A stretch of DNA of 64,000 nt from assembly GCA_008632985.1 (NCBI GenBank), contig QPGO01000036.1:396182-460181 (forward strand). Direction: 5' to 3'. Positions 35,621-48,300 of the stretch are shown here, one piece after another. Made by a program: the position numbers and the translations under genes. The notes below the pieces were generated by a model. That model was not told the DNA's origin, made no database searches, and saw only the letters and a program-made list of their open reading frames with translations. Each line of letters starts with the position of its first letter. Position 1 is the stretch's first letter. This DNA is from Psammoneis japonica. Its lineage: Eukaryota.

Positions 35621-38600
35621 ATGGAAGAAGACGAAAAAGCCGCAGACGTTGCCGGGTCGTCGGAGGCGCTGTCTGCCGTCGTTCCAAGCAATCCGCAGTT
35701 CGAACCGATTTCTGATTCTTCTTCGGCAGCTACGCCATCATCATCGAAAGCTTCAGAGAATGGATTAGATTTTATTGGACCGAGTCGTGCCGTCAAAGAT
35801 TTGTTTTCTGCTCCCTATTCTGGAGCAGTCAATGTCGCGATTCATAATGTCGACGGTACTTTGTTGATTGATGCAGCCGCCGATCCAGAACATATTGCAG
35901 CGCCTCAGGTCGCTGCCTCGCAGCAAGAAAAGCAGCATCCCCAACCATTTATGTATCAAATTCCGTCATCAAAGGAAGAGAATCAGGCTGCAGAAGAACC
36001 AGAACAACAACAACAATTGATTGCTCTTCCCGAACAAAACGACGCTCTCGCTACAATAACAGCTATGCTGCAAAAATCTCAGGATCAGAGTACTTACGAG
36101 CTTGATACACAAAAGAAAGAAGACTCAGATCATCCAGATAACACAAAGGAGGACAATCCGTTGCTCTTGCCTCCGCCAGAGCACTACGCCGGGACGGTTG
36201 TACCGCACGAACCTCTGGAATACCTGCCGTGGCACTTTCACAAAATGAATTTATTGGTGGGATCGGACACGCTAGTGTATCGACCCGCAAACACTGGGGA
36301 CTCAAGCAGCACTAGTCAAGCTTTGACTGTGCGAGTTGCGGATGCTTCTGATTTGAGATTGAATCTGCAACAATACCAAGAGGCTGTTCGCCAGGGACAC
36401 CATACTCCAGATTTTCGCCAACACGATGCGCCGTCAAAAGGAAAGAAATCATATGCCGAAGCTCTCACTCCACAACCGCCTTCACAGCTGGGAAATCAAT
36501 ATCTTGATTTGAAAGAGGATCAAGCTTCTTTGTCGTCCCCTAATTCTACAATGTTGAGACTGCAATCATGCGTTGTTCCCTCTGGAAGTGTCATCGAGGG
36601 AGACATTGTATCTACGAACCCAAACGCTGCTGCTTTATCTGCATCCAAAACGGTTTGCACAGTCCTAGATGCATACTTGGATAATATCATTTCCAACGTG
36701 CCGCAATTGGCGCTCTGTTTGTACGAAAAGGGGTTCATTCAAAGTATCAAGATCCTGCCGACACCAGAAATTCCGACAAACTTGCTGCATCCTTCGACAC
36801 TCGACATGCCTTCTCCTTCCTCATCGTCAGCGGATGAGCCACTCTTTTCTCCTCAAGTTATGGAAATGAACGCCTCCATGTTGCTGAGATTTTTGAGATC
36901 AAACTGTACACGCAACAATGCTACGTACCTGTTGCGCAGACAAGAGGGAGAAACCAATATCCAGCTCTACGATATTAGTTCTATTTCAGCTCAGCGTCAA
37001 AGAAAGTGGATCTGGTGGTTGGCCATGATGTCGTACCGGTTTGCGGTTCGATTAGGCCAGTTAACTACTGCAGCTAATTTCCATGCATCCGAGAATCGAT
37101 CGTTTCGTGCGAGACAGCGAAGTTTGTTGCAGAATGCCTTGGAGTTACTTCAAGAACTCAATGACCGCGATGGGTCTGCACACGAATCATTTTGCGCCGT
37201 CGTTTGTGAGAATTTGGCAGACACCTTTCTGTCCCATCCAGACGAAAGCGAGGACGCGTCTGAATCAAAAGAAGAGGATCCTCCACTGGCACCGACTCTA
37301 TCCCCGCAGCCGTATGGTAATGTCTCGGGAGATGCACTCAATAAGGCACAGGATCATCTTTTGGCTGGTATTAAAACTCTTTGGCCGATTCTGGAAAAGA
37401 GTCGTCGGACAGAAACAAACCAGAAACGCCCAAGAGCAAAAACTAGGGCCACGTCTTCGGTGGGTCGTCGAAACGTCGTTGTACACACGGAAGGAAGTAG
37501 TAGTAGCAGCAGTGGCTCTGAGGATGATATCGAAGAAGGCGTTCAAGACGACGTTCGTTCTTCTCCTACCGAGCCGTTGTCGATGGAGGCCCAAGCTGTT
37601 ACTATGCAATTGTTCGGTCTGCATTACAAGCTCATCAATGTTAGTTTACGGTTGGCCGATCACCACCTGAACAACTACTGGTCTTCCAGTGCGATGCAAT
37701 CACTGCGAACTACCGCGAGACGTATTGCTGATGCTGCTGTATTGTTGCATTCACTAGCCGCATGCGATAACAAGCCTGGTGGGAGTAAGAGTCTGCGAGA
37801 CTCATCACCCGGGTATATGGATGTGGGTAAACTTCGCCAAAGTGTCATGTTTCAGTACGCTTGGTTATGGGAACGTTGTGGATACTTTGCGCGATCATTC
37901 GCAGCAGATGAATTGTGGAGAGATCGGGGGCACTGCTCTGGAGACGACGTTATCAGCCTCTTGCAGGATGTGGAAGCAGCCTTTGAGAAAAGTTGCGACA
38001 ACACGGCAGAGCCATGGCTTGGTTGCGATGCTCCAATATCCAAGAAAACTAACCAGCAGGCTACGTTGCATTCTTTGAGTGCAGTGATTACAGTTGTGAA
38101 TCCCCAATCAAAGTACAAGTGCGAAAAAGTGACACTCGATTGGGACCATACTGTGTTGGAGACTGCCGAAGCGATTCTAGATCGTCAAACTCAACTAAAA
38201 CGGGATGAGAGGCGGGTCCTCGTTGCAGCGTGTGTTTCTTACAGCCACGCGATTGGAACGTTTCATCGCATTTCTGGCTTTGAAGATATTGCGACTTCCA
38301 ACGGTGTTTCAGACATTGATGCTACTGACACAGCAGGACAAGGATCGATAGTGCGTGTCCTCAGACAACGATTTGGCGATGCATGCAATGAGATTGGAAA
38401 AATGTTGCTTCACGAGTTGCGTGTAGTTCTAAGCAAACCCGAGAAAGACAATACGAATGGGCACGACTCGCCTGAGATCGCTGCTGCTGTATTCCTCTCG
38501 GCGGCTCATTTTTGGTTTCTCGAGGGCTTGCATGATTTTGAAGAATGCAACGATCTTCGAAATGTTGCCTTGTTACGTTGTAATCTTTGCCAGTGCTGCA

Positions 38601-39526
38601 AATTACGAGCCAACAACGTCTTTTCGGTCCAAGAGCAAGTACCAGGAGGCAGCCCCGGTGGCACTCACGCTGAAACCTGTCTCCAAGATGCCGCAGGGCA
38701 TCTTCAAAAAGCGCATGAAAGTCTTGGACAAAGAGAAGTGGATCCGGTAACTTGGGACATGGTTAGCGAAGAATTAGCAGCAACGTTTCTGGTTCTAGGT
38801 GTTCGCCGACGACAGTCCTTGCTCGGGAGCGGATCCACTCCTCTCATTGTACAGGCAATGCGTCTTAATCCTGGCAAGGAGAGGTCCGTGGTTGAACCAA
38901 TGGAACGGTCTTTAGAGATATACAAGCAGTCGGGTAATGCGCATCAAGCAGCAGCCGTCCACTACCAATTAGCACTCTTTTACTCCAAGGTTTGGACCTG
39001 TCAGCGGGACGAAGCGAAAACACGCGAAAAACTATCAGCTGCCTTTGAGCACTACGCTGCTGCTCACGCCTACTTCGTTTCGGCTCCAAGAGGAGAAGAA
39101 CCTACCTTTTGCATTCTCAGTATTGATCTGGCAAATTTGTATGCTGCCGTTTCTGGACAAGAGTGTCTTTCCAAAGCGCTTGACCGCTGCCTTGACACAG
39201 CCGACGCATTTTCAAGCGAGGCTGTGGATGCTGCCCGTGCACGTGGAGTTGTCTTTGTAAAAGAGTGGCTTGGCAAAATGGTCACCCTTGCGTCATCTAT
39301 CGAAGATCGAATTTTCAAGCTGCTCTTAAGTTTAGTCAAATTGGAAAGGGATTCAAATTCACCTTCTGGTGAATTCAAAGAACTGTATAGAGTGGCGTTG
39401 ACATTAAGAGCTACTCGGAAACAAGTCGACTGCGATGGCGAAGAGGAGAAAGCAACTTGTATCGCTAATACCTGTGATTTGTTGACGAAGATGCGAGAAA
39501 ATAAGGAGCATACTAGAACGAAGTGA
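35621..39526 (+). CDS. EDRF1: Erythroid differentiation-related factor 1 (EDRF1)-like protein
   Basis: Intact ~1301-aa ORF with EDRF1-type blocks KDLFSAPYS..VNVAIHNVDGTLLID, MNLLVGSD, LDAYLDNIISNVPQLALC, MLLRFLRSNCT...IQLYD, and a helical-repeat C-terminus. Confidence 0.8.
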   Translation: MEEDEKAADVAGSSEALSAVVPSNPQFEPISDSSSAATPSSSKASENGLDFIGPSRAVKDLFSAPYSGAVNVAIHNVDGTLLIDAAADPEHIAAPQVAASQQEKQHPQPFMYQIPSSKEENQAAEEPEQQQQLIALPEQNDALATITAMLQKSQDQSTYELDTQKKEDSDHPDNTKEDNPLLLPPPEHYAGTVVPHEPLEYLPWHFHKMNLLVGSDTLVYRPANTGDSSSTSQALTVRVADASDLRLNLQQYQEAVRQGHHTPDFRQHDAPSKGKKSYAEALTPQPPSQLGNQYLDLKEDQASLSSPNSTMLRLQSCVVPSGSVIEGDIVSTNPNAAALSASKTVCTVLDAYLDNIISNVPQLALCLYEKGFIQSIKILPTPEIPTNLLHPSTLDMPSPSSSSADEPLFSPQVMEMNASMLLRFLRSNCTRNNATYLLRRQEGETNIQLYDISSISAQRQRKWIWWLAMMSYRFAVRLGQLTTAANFHASENRSFRARQRSLLQNALELLQELNDRDGSAHESFCAVVCENLADTFLSHPDESEDASESKEEDPPLAPTLSPQPYGNVSGDALNKAQDHLLAGIKTLWPILEKSRRTETNQKRPRAKTRATSSVGRRNVVVHTEGSSSSSSGSEDDIEEGVQDDVRSSPTEPLSMEAQAVTMQLFGLHYKLINVSLRLADHHLNNYWSSSAMQSLRTTARRIADAAVLLHSLAACDNKPGGSKSLRDSSPGYMDVGKLRQSVMFQYAWLWERCGYFARSFAADELWRDRGHCSGDDVISLLQDVEAAFEKSCDNTAEPWLGCDAPISKKTNQQATLHSLSAVITVVNPQSKYKCEKVTLDWDHTVLETAEAILDRQTQLKRDERRVLVAACVSYSHAIGTFHRISGFEDIATSNGVSDIDATDTAGQGSIVRVLRQRFGDACNEIGKMLLHELRVVLSKPEKDNTNGHDSPEIAAAVFLSAAHFWFLEGLHDFEECNDLRNVALLRCNLCQCCKLRANNVFSVQEQVPGGSPGGTHAETCLQDAAGHLQKAHESLGQREVDPVTWDMVSEELAATFLVLGVRRRQSLLGSGSTPLIVQAMRLNPGKERSVVEPMERSLEIYKQSGNAHQAAAVHYQLALFYSKVWTCQRDEAKTREKLSAAFEHYAAAHAYFVSAPRGEEPTFCILSIDLANLYAAVSGQECLSKALDRCLDTADAFSSEAVDAARARGVVFVKEWLGKMVTLASSIEDRIFKLLLSLVKLERDSNSPSGEFKELYRVALTLRATRKQVDCDGEEEKATCIANTCDLLTKMRENKEHTRTK

Positions 39527-39589
39527 CCAGCATAGTTAACGCTGCGATTCTTCTGAATAGATGCAAGAAAAGAAGGGGCAAGAAGTGAC

Positions 39590-39830
39590 CAGCATAGTTA
39601 ACGCTGCGATTCTCTTCTGAATATACGTATTTCTCAGTCTGGCATCGGAGTTGCGAGAAACGAAGAACCAAACTAGAAAGAAGTAACCAGCATACTTAAT
39701 GCTGCGCGTCTTGAGAATACCCATGTTTGTAAGTCTGGCATGCGAGACATGAGCTGTTGAATTGCTTCGGCATTTTCAGGATCTTCGCCATATTTGGAAA
39801 GGCAGTTCCGACAAATCACAAATCTTCAGT
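39590..39830 (-). pseudogene. Diverged copy of the 3' end and 3' flank of the gene at 61163-62302
   Basis: Aligns by eye with ~61025-61260 (agtctggcatcggag..aaacgaagaacca..ctagaaagaagt, agtctggcatgcgagacatgagct, gcagttccgacaaa). Encodes ...CRNCLSKYGEDPENAEAIQQLMSRMPD. Confidence 0.8.
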
Positions 39831-40549
39831 CGTTTCAAACCGGACAATGTCGGTGCGGGTCCATTGATGCCATGGAAAAGTATCCACGGTCTGGACAGTC
39901 AGTAGTCGTATTGTTGTTGGCATTTCCATAATAGTCCAGCAAATCCAGCGCCAGACCATTGTTAAGGTACAGACCTAGGACAACTGGATTGAGTACGTAC
40001 GAGGCCCACAGCAACGGAGTATCACGAGCAAAATCAACAAGATGACTTGAAATCGAAAAAAACACGGGTTCTTTTTGATTTTTTGGAATAGGACTTGTTA
40101 TGCGGTCATTCCAAGTGTCGACGAAATGCACTTGGCCAGACGTAGGTTGAGAAAGCAATTTGATAAATTTCGCGGAAATGCTCCCGAAAAGAGAATTCCG
40201 GGACCTCGATACCCTACATGGCACACGATCCGATACGAGTGGATGGATTGGAGGTATGAGTGAAACAGGTAAAAGTAGAAGCATGTGTCAGAGCAAAGCA
40301 TTCTCATACTTTGCTGCAATCAAATGCTTTTCTGTGACGCTCAACGCGTACCACTGAAAAGGTTCCTTTTCACTTTCTTCGTTGGGAATATAATATCAAT
40401 TGACACAAACGACACGCCAACGAATCCTGTCGACTACTGTGATCTGTGATGATCTCAATCCGGAGCTTTGTCATCGTCATTACGCTGAATAATGCCGTGC
40501 TTGTGGCCTAGCTTGTGCATACACAGGAGTGTCGTGGCGTCGTGAGTAC

Positions 40550-40715
40550 TTCTCTCTCTACTCTCTACTACTCTCTACTCTCTAGCTCTAGAGTAGGAGT
40601 AGAGAGTAGCTCCACTCTAAGCTCTAGCTAGAGTAGAGAGAGTAGCTCTAGAGTAGCTACTTCGTACCATAGCTACTCAGTAGTCTACCGGTAGATACTC
40701 TAGATAGCTAGTAAA
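40550..40715. repeat. CTA/TAG/AG-rich low-complexity tract
   Basis: ctctctactactctctactctctagctctagagtaggagtagagagtagc...taccggtag. It is very TA-rich and lies immediately left of a TA-depleted domain. Confidence 0.75.
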
Positions 40716-42019
40716 GACTGCTCGCCCCCCCTGCGCGCTACTCTATTGATTTAGAGGTAGCTTTTTTGGGAGCGTCTACGGTGATCAACGAGACTCGAAC
40801 CCTCGATCAACGCGGGAAACCTCACCTCTCCCTCCGAGCTCCGCGTGATGGATTTCACAAAGAACGATGATGACGAGTTGCATTTTCATGCGTCGTGTCA
40901 CCGACTTATGACTCGTCAGATGTGAATCAAACCCAAGAGTTGGTTGACAACATGGCCGAAGCTGCCGACACCCAACAAGAACATGATGGCGGCGCGGCTT
41001 CGATTCGCCCCCATCCACCCTTACAAACTGTCAATGCGTCATTTGACGCGATGTCAGCAACAAGGGAGTGGGACAAGGAATTGGAGGAGTTCAACCCCAA
41101 CTCCTTTGAAAGGGATGCCTCACATGCCATGCAACAAAATGTGGCATCAACAAATGTGGTGCAGTCGATGGAGCTGGAGCCACCAATCAGTCTGCACGAC
41201 CGATGGAGCTGGAGCAAGTGTTGCTCTTTTCAAAGATGCATTCTTTTTTGCAGATCCTTTCACTGATGAATTGTTTTCTGTTTCAACAGAAGCCATGAGA
41301 GATGAAATGATTCATTGCAGGTTTCGTCAGTTGCAGGCAAGCCACATCATGGATCTGTCTTGCCTGCCAGCTCCACCCCGGCAAGAACAAGCACAAGATT
41401 CAGCAGAGCACCGCTCGGCAACCGGTTGCCTCCGTTGATGTTGACATCACCAAGAGGTGGTGAGAACAAGAATTTTGCACCAAGGCCATTTTTTAAAACA
41501 GAAGAGGAAACATGTGCCACTGCAGCAGTCCATGCATGTGAAGAAAAGGTGGTGGATGAAACAAAAAATCAAGTGCATTCTCCAATCCGCCTGTGGTCGT
41601 CTGCCGAGTTGAAGAAGCACAATCTTGGCGGGGACTCAAAGCTTGCGCAGCATCGCAAGGCTTGTTGGACAATTAAGAAACTGGAATTGCCGCCAGGTGA
41701 TGTCAATCTCAAGCAGGCAGAAATGTCATCAAAATGTGGTGAGCTTAAAAATGAAGCTCAAATTCAAAACCCGGATTGGGAGAAGCTCGCGTCCGATGAG
41801 TGCAATGACAATCATTGCACAGGAGACTCGGCGAATCAAGATGGCAACTGCTCAGCAAGGCGGCTGGCAGCACAAGTCTAAAATGGCTTTTGTGTTCCAT
41901 GTTCCACATGAGACTTGGGTTGTCCATGTTGAAACAAAACTGACAATCGCGAAGCAAGTTGACCAGCATTGTTTCAAAACACAAAAACACGACAACACAA
42001 AGTGCAATGAAAGTGGCAC

Positions 42020-43265
42020 TGCTGTTTTTTTGCTGATTGAAACTTGCCATTGGCACCCTTGACTGCATTGCATTGGCTTGTTCTGCAGTGGTGGCCAAGG
42101 CTGTCATGGACGTTTTGGGAAAGAACGGCCAAAACTTGAAAATGGGGTCTTGGTCGTCTTCGCTTGCAAGACGATTCTGTTCGTTTCCCTTGGCAACGTA
42201 CTTCAACAACTCCGCAAGGCACTCCCAGTGACCAACGTTTTGAACCACGGCAATGTCGGCCCCACAACGAGAAGCTCACTGGGCGCCTGAGCGTCGAATG
42301 CTGTGGGACGTGCACGGCAGTCCCAGTGGGCCACAAATGCATTCCCTGAGCTGCTTGCTCCAAGTCTGAGTTGAAATGGTAAAATGTGCTGGAGCCTTTG
42401 CCTTTTTTATTTCGTCTTCACCATGACAACGCCATTCCTTGAGCATCCATGTCACAGGGTCATGCTTCAAGTTCTTTGGATTATGACAAATGTGGATGTG
42501 GTGAGGATTTCCAATGTTTGTTGGTTTCCCACCCTTCCAATTGTCAAAGCAAATGTCCAAGCGCCAAGGCGTCCCATCCTTTGGCCAATTCGTGGTCGAC
42601 AACGCAGGAGGCAGACTGGTCTTGGACACCAAGGGACAGTGTTCAGAAACATCTGATGCACGTCCAATGATGGACAGCTGACCAAGCAGCCTCAACCAAA
42701 TTCGAACCTTTCTTGTGCAGGAAAGGCCTGGTGTGCATCTCCAGAGCTGATCCCAAGCCATGGGTGGAAAAATCTCGGGATCAAAAGCTTCAGCACGAGA
42801 AACATCATCTGCCTCTTCACATGATTCCAACAGCTTTTTAATCTCAGCTGCGCGATTCAGACCCTTCAAGTGTGAAAACTCAGTTGATGCACACGACAAC
42901 AAATTGAGCTCAAGCAACATCATTCCGTGCTTCAAACTCATGCCAGCAGGAACCCCGTCTTGCAAGCACTTCACACAAGACAGAACAAGGCTTTCTCGGG
43001 GAGGCTCCTGCTTCTGCCTTGTTGGAACAACCAATGGATTTGTGTGGCATTCCTCTGTCTTCTGAAACAATCCGTTCAGATGTTGCATGTGCAGATCATT
43101 CAGGAATTTCACCTTCAAAAAGCACTCAAAATTGCTCTGGGTCCCAGCCCGAGCCTCACACTTCTTGGGCTTGTGCTGGATGGAGATCACATGCATCCTC
43201 GTTTCTTGAAACAGAGGGTTTGATGACTCATGTGCTTCAAGCTCTGGGCTTGAGTCCTGACTCAA
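42020..43265 (-). pseudogene. Tyrosine recombinase (Crypton-like), inactivated
   Basis: Catalytic set in order: IIGRASD (R), DNWK (K), SHSIRRSGAQ (HxxR), NVGHW (cf. GRW), LLKYV (Y). An in-frame TGA follows SGAQ where W is expected. No RT nearby in the same unit. Confidence 0.8.
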
Positions 43266-43560
43266 AAATCCTGTTTCTCATCCGCAACGATGTGCAATAG
43301 AGTCCCACGTGCCCTTTTGGCTGTCACTGTCATTTCGGCATCTCCACACATCATTGCCTTCAGAAACCATGCAGAGTCGATGCTGATGACCAACATGCAA
43401 ATGCCTTTGCCCATTTTCATCATGTGCGGAAGGGGCTCGGGCACCAAACCTTCCCTGGTGCCTCACCTTTTTCTTTGGGCACGCCATTCTCATGCTGTTT
43501 TTGTGATGATGGAGACCCATCAGCACACACCACCCAGTGCATTCAGTCGCAGGGCCCCGC

Positions 43561-43614
43561 AAGGAACCCGGGTCAATCTTTTTTTTTTTGAAAAAAGATT
43601 GACCCGGGTTCCTT
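43561..43614. repeat. Perfect 24-bp inverted repeat with 6-nt spacer
   Basis: aaggaacccgggtcaatctttttt (43561-43584) and aaaaaagattgacccgggttcctt (43591-43614). Confidence 0.9.
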
Positions 43615-43699
43615 TTCCTGGTCCAATGACATCATGACACAGGAGAGGGACGGATGGCATGGTTTCCCACTCCCAGCATGTGTGTGGCTGCCATTGATC

Positions 43700-46600
43700 A
43701 TGTTTCCAATTCACTTGCCAGTGAAGCATCATTGTGCATTCTGTGGCAAGAACAATGTGGAATCAAAGGGGCTTGCATTTTGGCCGATGGCTGAATGGGG
43801 ATGAAAACAGCATGGATGCTTTGTCAGCGCGTGGATTGCCTCGATGCTGATTGTTGTGGGAGGGTGGATGAAGAGGGAAAAAGGACCAAATCTTTTTGTG
43901 CCATTGACCCCCTTCATTTGTCAAGGCTTCCAGCAGAGGTTGCGGGACGGTTTGACTTTGTGACCAGTTGCCGGGGTCCTGGCATGCACGAAAGCATGGT
44001 GCATTGCTTGGCGCGCTTGTGCAATCATTCTGTTTTTTCTTGTGCATTCTCATCCATGGTGAATGAGGTAAGATCTTTTGATTGTTCTCGGCAGCAGCTG
44101 AGCCACTGCAAGAGCCTCCTTGGCTGGGATCGGTTGATGCCATTGGATGCCGCGGACAGGACACAGTTCCACACTCCACCTTTTCAGAGCCTGGGGAGCA
44201 CAATGGCATCCATTTGTCAGCCACAAGAGTTGCAAACAGCTTCATTGTGTTTGTGGAGAATGTGTTGGAGCAGCACATGCAGGGATCTTTTGAGTTTAAT
44301 CAGGACTCACAGATTGCAACGGATGCGACCTTCAAGCACTGGAGTGAGGTGCAGGCACATCTGAAGGATGGGAGCCAGGTGAAACCGTTTGTTGCTTCTG
44401 CAAATCTTGCCGTTGGATCTGGGAAAACATGTGCAAGTCCACCTGTCAATGGCAAAGGACAAGATGAAGTGGAACCCTTTTTGGAGCGCACTCAGGTGGC
44501 AAGGAAGCGCAGGGGGCCCCAAAGCTTGGCCAAGTCGACACCGACAATGCAAACACCGACAGCGGCATGTTCAATTGTGTTTTCTCAGGTGTGAATTGTT
44601 CTCAGACAAACTCAAAGCACCAAATGATTTTTCCCAGTTGCTCACTTCATGCCTGCATTGTTTCTGTGTGTTGCGCAGATCTTTCTGAAGGCGTCAGCCC
44701 GCACGTCCCGAAATCCAACACGCCTGTTCTTTGATTGCCTCACGAGCGTTTTCATCATTTCTGGGATGTGGCTGATGCTGGTCAGTGTTTCAAGGAGAAT
44801 TGTTGTGCAACAATCAATCTAAACACCAGCCATCATGGAAAGCATTGTGGGCTTGACGCCGAGTGGAACAGAGGGCGCACTGTCGAAGAGGGAGTGTGTT
44901 GGCTTCAGCCATCTTTTGAGGGGTTGCCCATGGTGGTTGTAGATCTTCATGCCATGAGGGTCTTTCCCATTTGGTTAAAACGTATGTTGGAAGATGGACA
45001 GCTCATTCCCTGCGGCAGGCAAATCGGTGGTGACCTGAACAGACTTTTGAAGGGTCGCGGCATCAATGTCAAAGACCGTTTGGAGATGGCAGCGATTGCA
45101 AAGACATGTGATGATGGCAGCTCCACTGGTGCAAAGGCTCTTGCAGAGCGAATTTTGAATGTGACATTGCTTGACAAAGAGACTGGACAAAGTGCTGATT
45201 GTGAGAGAGAATCGTCTTCCCACTGACCCAGCAAAGAGATGCTTGGCTGTGCGGCGACTGACACCATTGTCCACAGGCTTCTCACAGTGCAATTGCTGAA
45301 ACCAGTCTCTTCCAAACTCCAAGGCTTGATTCAGCCACCTGAGCTTAATGTCGTAAAGGTTGGCAGCATGGCAGACGCAATTGGTGGAGGACGAGTTGTT
45401 GCGAGAGGCGCTGTGCTTAGAATTGGCAACTGCAGAGGCACGGGAGTTTCCACAAAGTGTGGTGGTGAGCTGGTGGGCCAAGGAAAAGCTCTGGTCCAAA
45501 TTGACGATGTGTTGTTAGATTCATGGAAGCTGCCATTCGGATTCTCAGATGACAAAGCAGACAAGCCAAACCATGCAAAGGGAATGCCAATTGGAGAAGT
45601 TTGCAGAAGAGGCCACTCTGACACTGTTTTGCTCCAGACAAGCCACCTTCGAGTGCCACCTCTGGAAGAACCCAACTCAGCATCATCCATTCTCTTTTCT
45701 GAAAAAGATCTTGACTGGGAGGGAAGCGCTGTTTCCTCGGCACAACACAAGGAAAAAGATTCAGAGGCACGCACAGATTCCTTGGCTCCAGACAATGACA
45801 CCGCTGATTCAGTGCAGAACAATGCAGCATCAGAGGCAAGTGCGGAGCCAAACGGAGCCAAAGCAAGTGCCAACACAATGGCAACTGCAACACCTGATGA
45901 AATCTTAGACATGCTTTTAGATGCATCAAAGCTGGATGAAAGCATCAAGAATGAGCTTTGAAGCCGAGCCAAAAATGACACATTTCACATGATGGATGCA
46001 CTGCCGGTGCGATGCAATTGTCCCATTGGTCTCCACACCTGTGTGAACTCGCCCGAGAGGCAACCTTCATTTGCAATGACTAAGACTGCCAACCACTGTG
46101 TGAAGTGCTGAAATTGAAAGGTTTGTCTCTTGAAGAAATGGAAGAGTGTGAGCGCTGCAACAAAGAATGTGTTAGAGCACGGGTGAGGATGCCGTGTCCT
46201 GTCGGTGACGTGCATGCGTCCAATCTTTGTCTTGCACATAAATTGATTCAAGAGAGCAAGGCTTTCAAAGAATGCTGCACACCAGAGCTTGATGCATGGT
46301 TTGTCAGCACAGCAGCAAAGACTGAGAAAGGTTGGTTTGAGCCTGTGCTGGATGTTCCAGTTTGCCAAGAGAAGGGCATGGACTCAGATGGCCTCCAACT
46401 GTGGTGGCGTGGCAGTGGAACCAACCGATTAGAAAATTTCCACCAGAAGCTTTGGGCACTTCTGGTTGGTCAAGCGACAAGTGTTGAAACAGCCCACCAT
46501 CTGTTGGCACTTTGAACTTTCAGATGCAACGTCAATGCTGGCACATTGCGGTGTGGCAAGCCCAACCTTGGCCATCCACATCTTCACACTCTCGATGAGT

Positions 46601-48300
46601 CACAGAACGTCATTCAGAAGCTGTTCAATGTCGTCGTGCTTCCCAGTCACAAGAATCTTTCAGACATGAAGCCAACTCAAACTGATTGGGTCAGTGTCGG
46701 AAAGTCCACCCAAGATCCATGATTTGTTCAACACTTGGATGAGCCAGATGAAGCATTGACACCATCTTTGAAATTCTTGGCAAAGAGACTCGGGTTGCAA
46801 CACCCGCCGATTCCATGCAAAACCAAGGCAGACCATCTGGTTCAAAAGTGATGGTCGGGCGGCCTAAAAGGGAAACCAAAAGAAACAGACTTTGAGCAGC
46901 TTGTGATCATGCACAAAGAACTCTCAAATGGCACAGACGTGTTTCCCAAAACCCTGTCAATGGTCAAGTTGGAATGGGAAAAGGACAAAGCAAGAGACGT
47001 GTTGAAACATGCAAAGTCGGCAATGAAAGCCGAGCATGACAGCGTCGTTCAGAGTCTCCGTCAACAATGGGCTTCGCCACCAGAAGTGTCAAAGCAACTG
47101 CATCATAAACTGTCATCACTGAAGGAAGGCGAGAAGCCCTCTGTTTGTGTTCCACCAGTCCAGGCCCCATGCCAATCCAGCAAGGTGCAATCTGCACAGC
47201 AAAACAGAGCATGTGCGTGCCGTGACTTGGGTTGCAAACTCATGGCCAGGCAGTGCAACGGCTGGACTCGTTCTGGTTGCAAGTGCCATGGCAATCGCAA
47301 AACCACCCATGAAAGTAAAGCTGAAACAATGTCCGATCCATGCAGGCAATGCACTTGGATGGGCTTGTGCACGGCCCGTGCCAGTGCATGCGGAGGATTC
47401 ACGAAAAACTCTTGTAAATTCTTTGGCAGAAATGGAATGTTTGCAATGCCTGCTGAGCATGACAGAGAAGAAAAGCAGTTGAAAAGAAAGTGGAACAACA
47501 GGCTAAAAACTGTTGGGAAGCAACGCAAAATGGTGCAAGCAGCGGCGAAGAAATCGATCCCCGACCGGGAATGCACAGACTCACCAAAGGAGACGTCCAT
47601 TTCGAGATTGTGCTGGACAATGAGGTGACACAAGTGCTGGTGGATGAAACCAACTGCACTTGTGCAATTGGCAAAACGGATTTGCTGAGGCTGCTGCATG
47701 GGGTCTGTGTCAATGCCCCGAATGTGTGGGACTTGCTTTGTTCTGGTGCACTCATTGATGACAATGTCATTCAAGGATGCTTCAACTTGCTCCAACAGCA
47801 ATTTTCCCGGCTTGGTGTTCAAGTCATCAACACAAATTTTTACAAACAGCCACAGCGGTTCAAGTGGGCTGATGTCAATGGATGGGCAAAAGAACTTGAC
47901 GGCGAGCCTGGAACGTGGGTGACAGCAAAAGTCATTCTTGTGCCCATCTTCTCGGGATCAAACACGGCCGGCCACTGGTCAAACTTTTTTGTTGATCGCT
48001 GTTTTGAAGGAGATGCTGCTAACACCAGCCAAACACCATCTCGCAACGGCTCCGGCAAAAGCTCATTGGCATGCCGCTGAGTCCAGAAAGGCTGGGGGTG
48101 GAGTGTGTCGTTCCTCCGCGTGCAGGGCATTCATGTGTGAAAGCAGCAGCATGTTTAAAAGCGTTGGAAAATGGGTCACTGTGCACTTGCTGCCATGACA
48201 TTCAAAAGCCGACAGCGACATTCTCATTCTCTGAAGATTTGACCTTGGAAGACTGGGGTCGCTTGGGTCGTCGTCACATCTTGCAGAGTTCATGCAAAGG
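43700..48300 (+). mobile_element. Degenerate large transposon-type ORF: Zn-finger, DDE-like core (DxxH group), inserted DEDDy 3'-5' exonuclease, Cys repeats, Ulp1-like protease
   Basis: CAFC...C..C at the start; TDATFK (44322); DTDN (~44537); exonuclease GLDAEW...GRQIGGDLNRL...LAERIL...MLGCAATD (44850-45270); NDTFH (45977); DSDGLQLW..GSGTNRLENFHQKL (46381-46450); two Cys-rich repeats (47210-47430); IDDNVI..NTNFY..ILVPIF...GHWS (47750-47990). Many frameshifts and stops. Confidence 0.65.

Noticed and set aside
39920..40030. Ankyrin-like fragment (RDTPLLWASY...GLALDLLDYYGN)
   Set aside because: A single short repeat in a rearranged region with no supportable gene model.
41440..41700. GCR1_C-like DNA-binding domain next to the recombinase
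   Set aside because: Only a vague resemblance; it needs a profile search.
42190..42205. Catalytic Tyr codon of the recombinase survives as one of few TA sites, suggesting selection
   Set aside because: The gene has an in-frame stop just upstream, and a single surviving site is compatible with chance.
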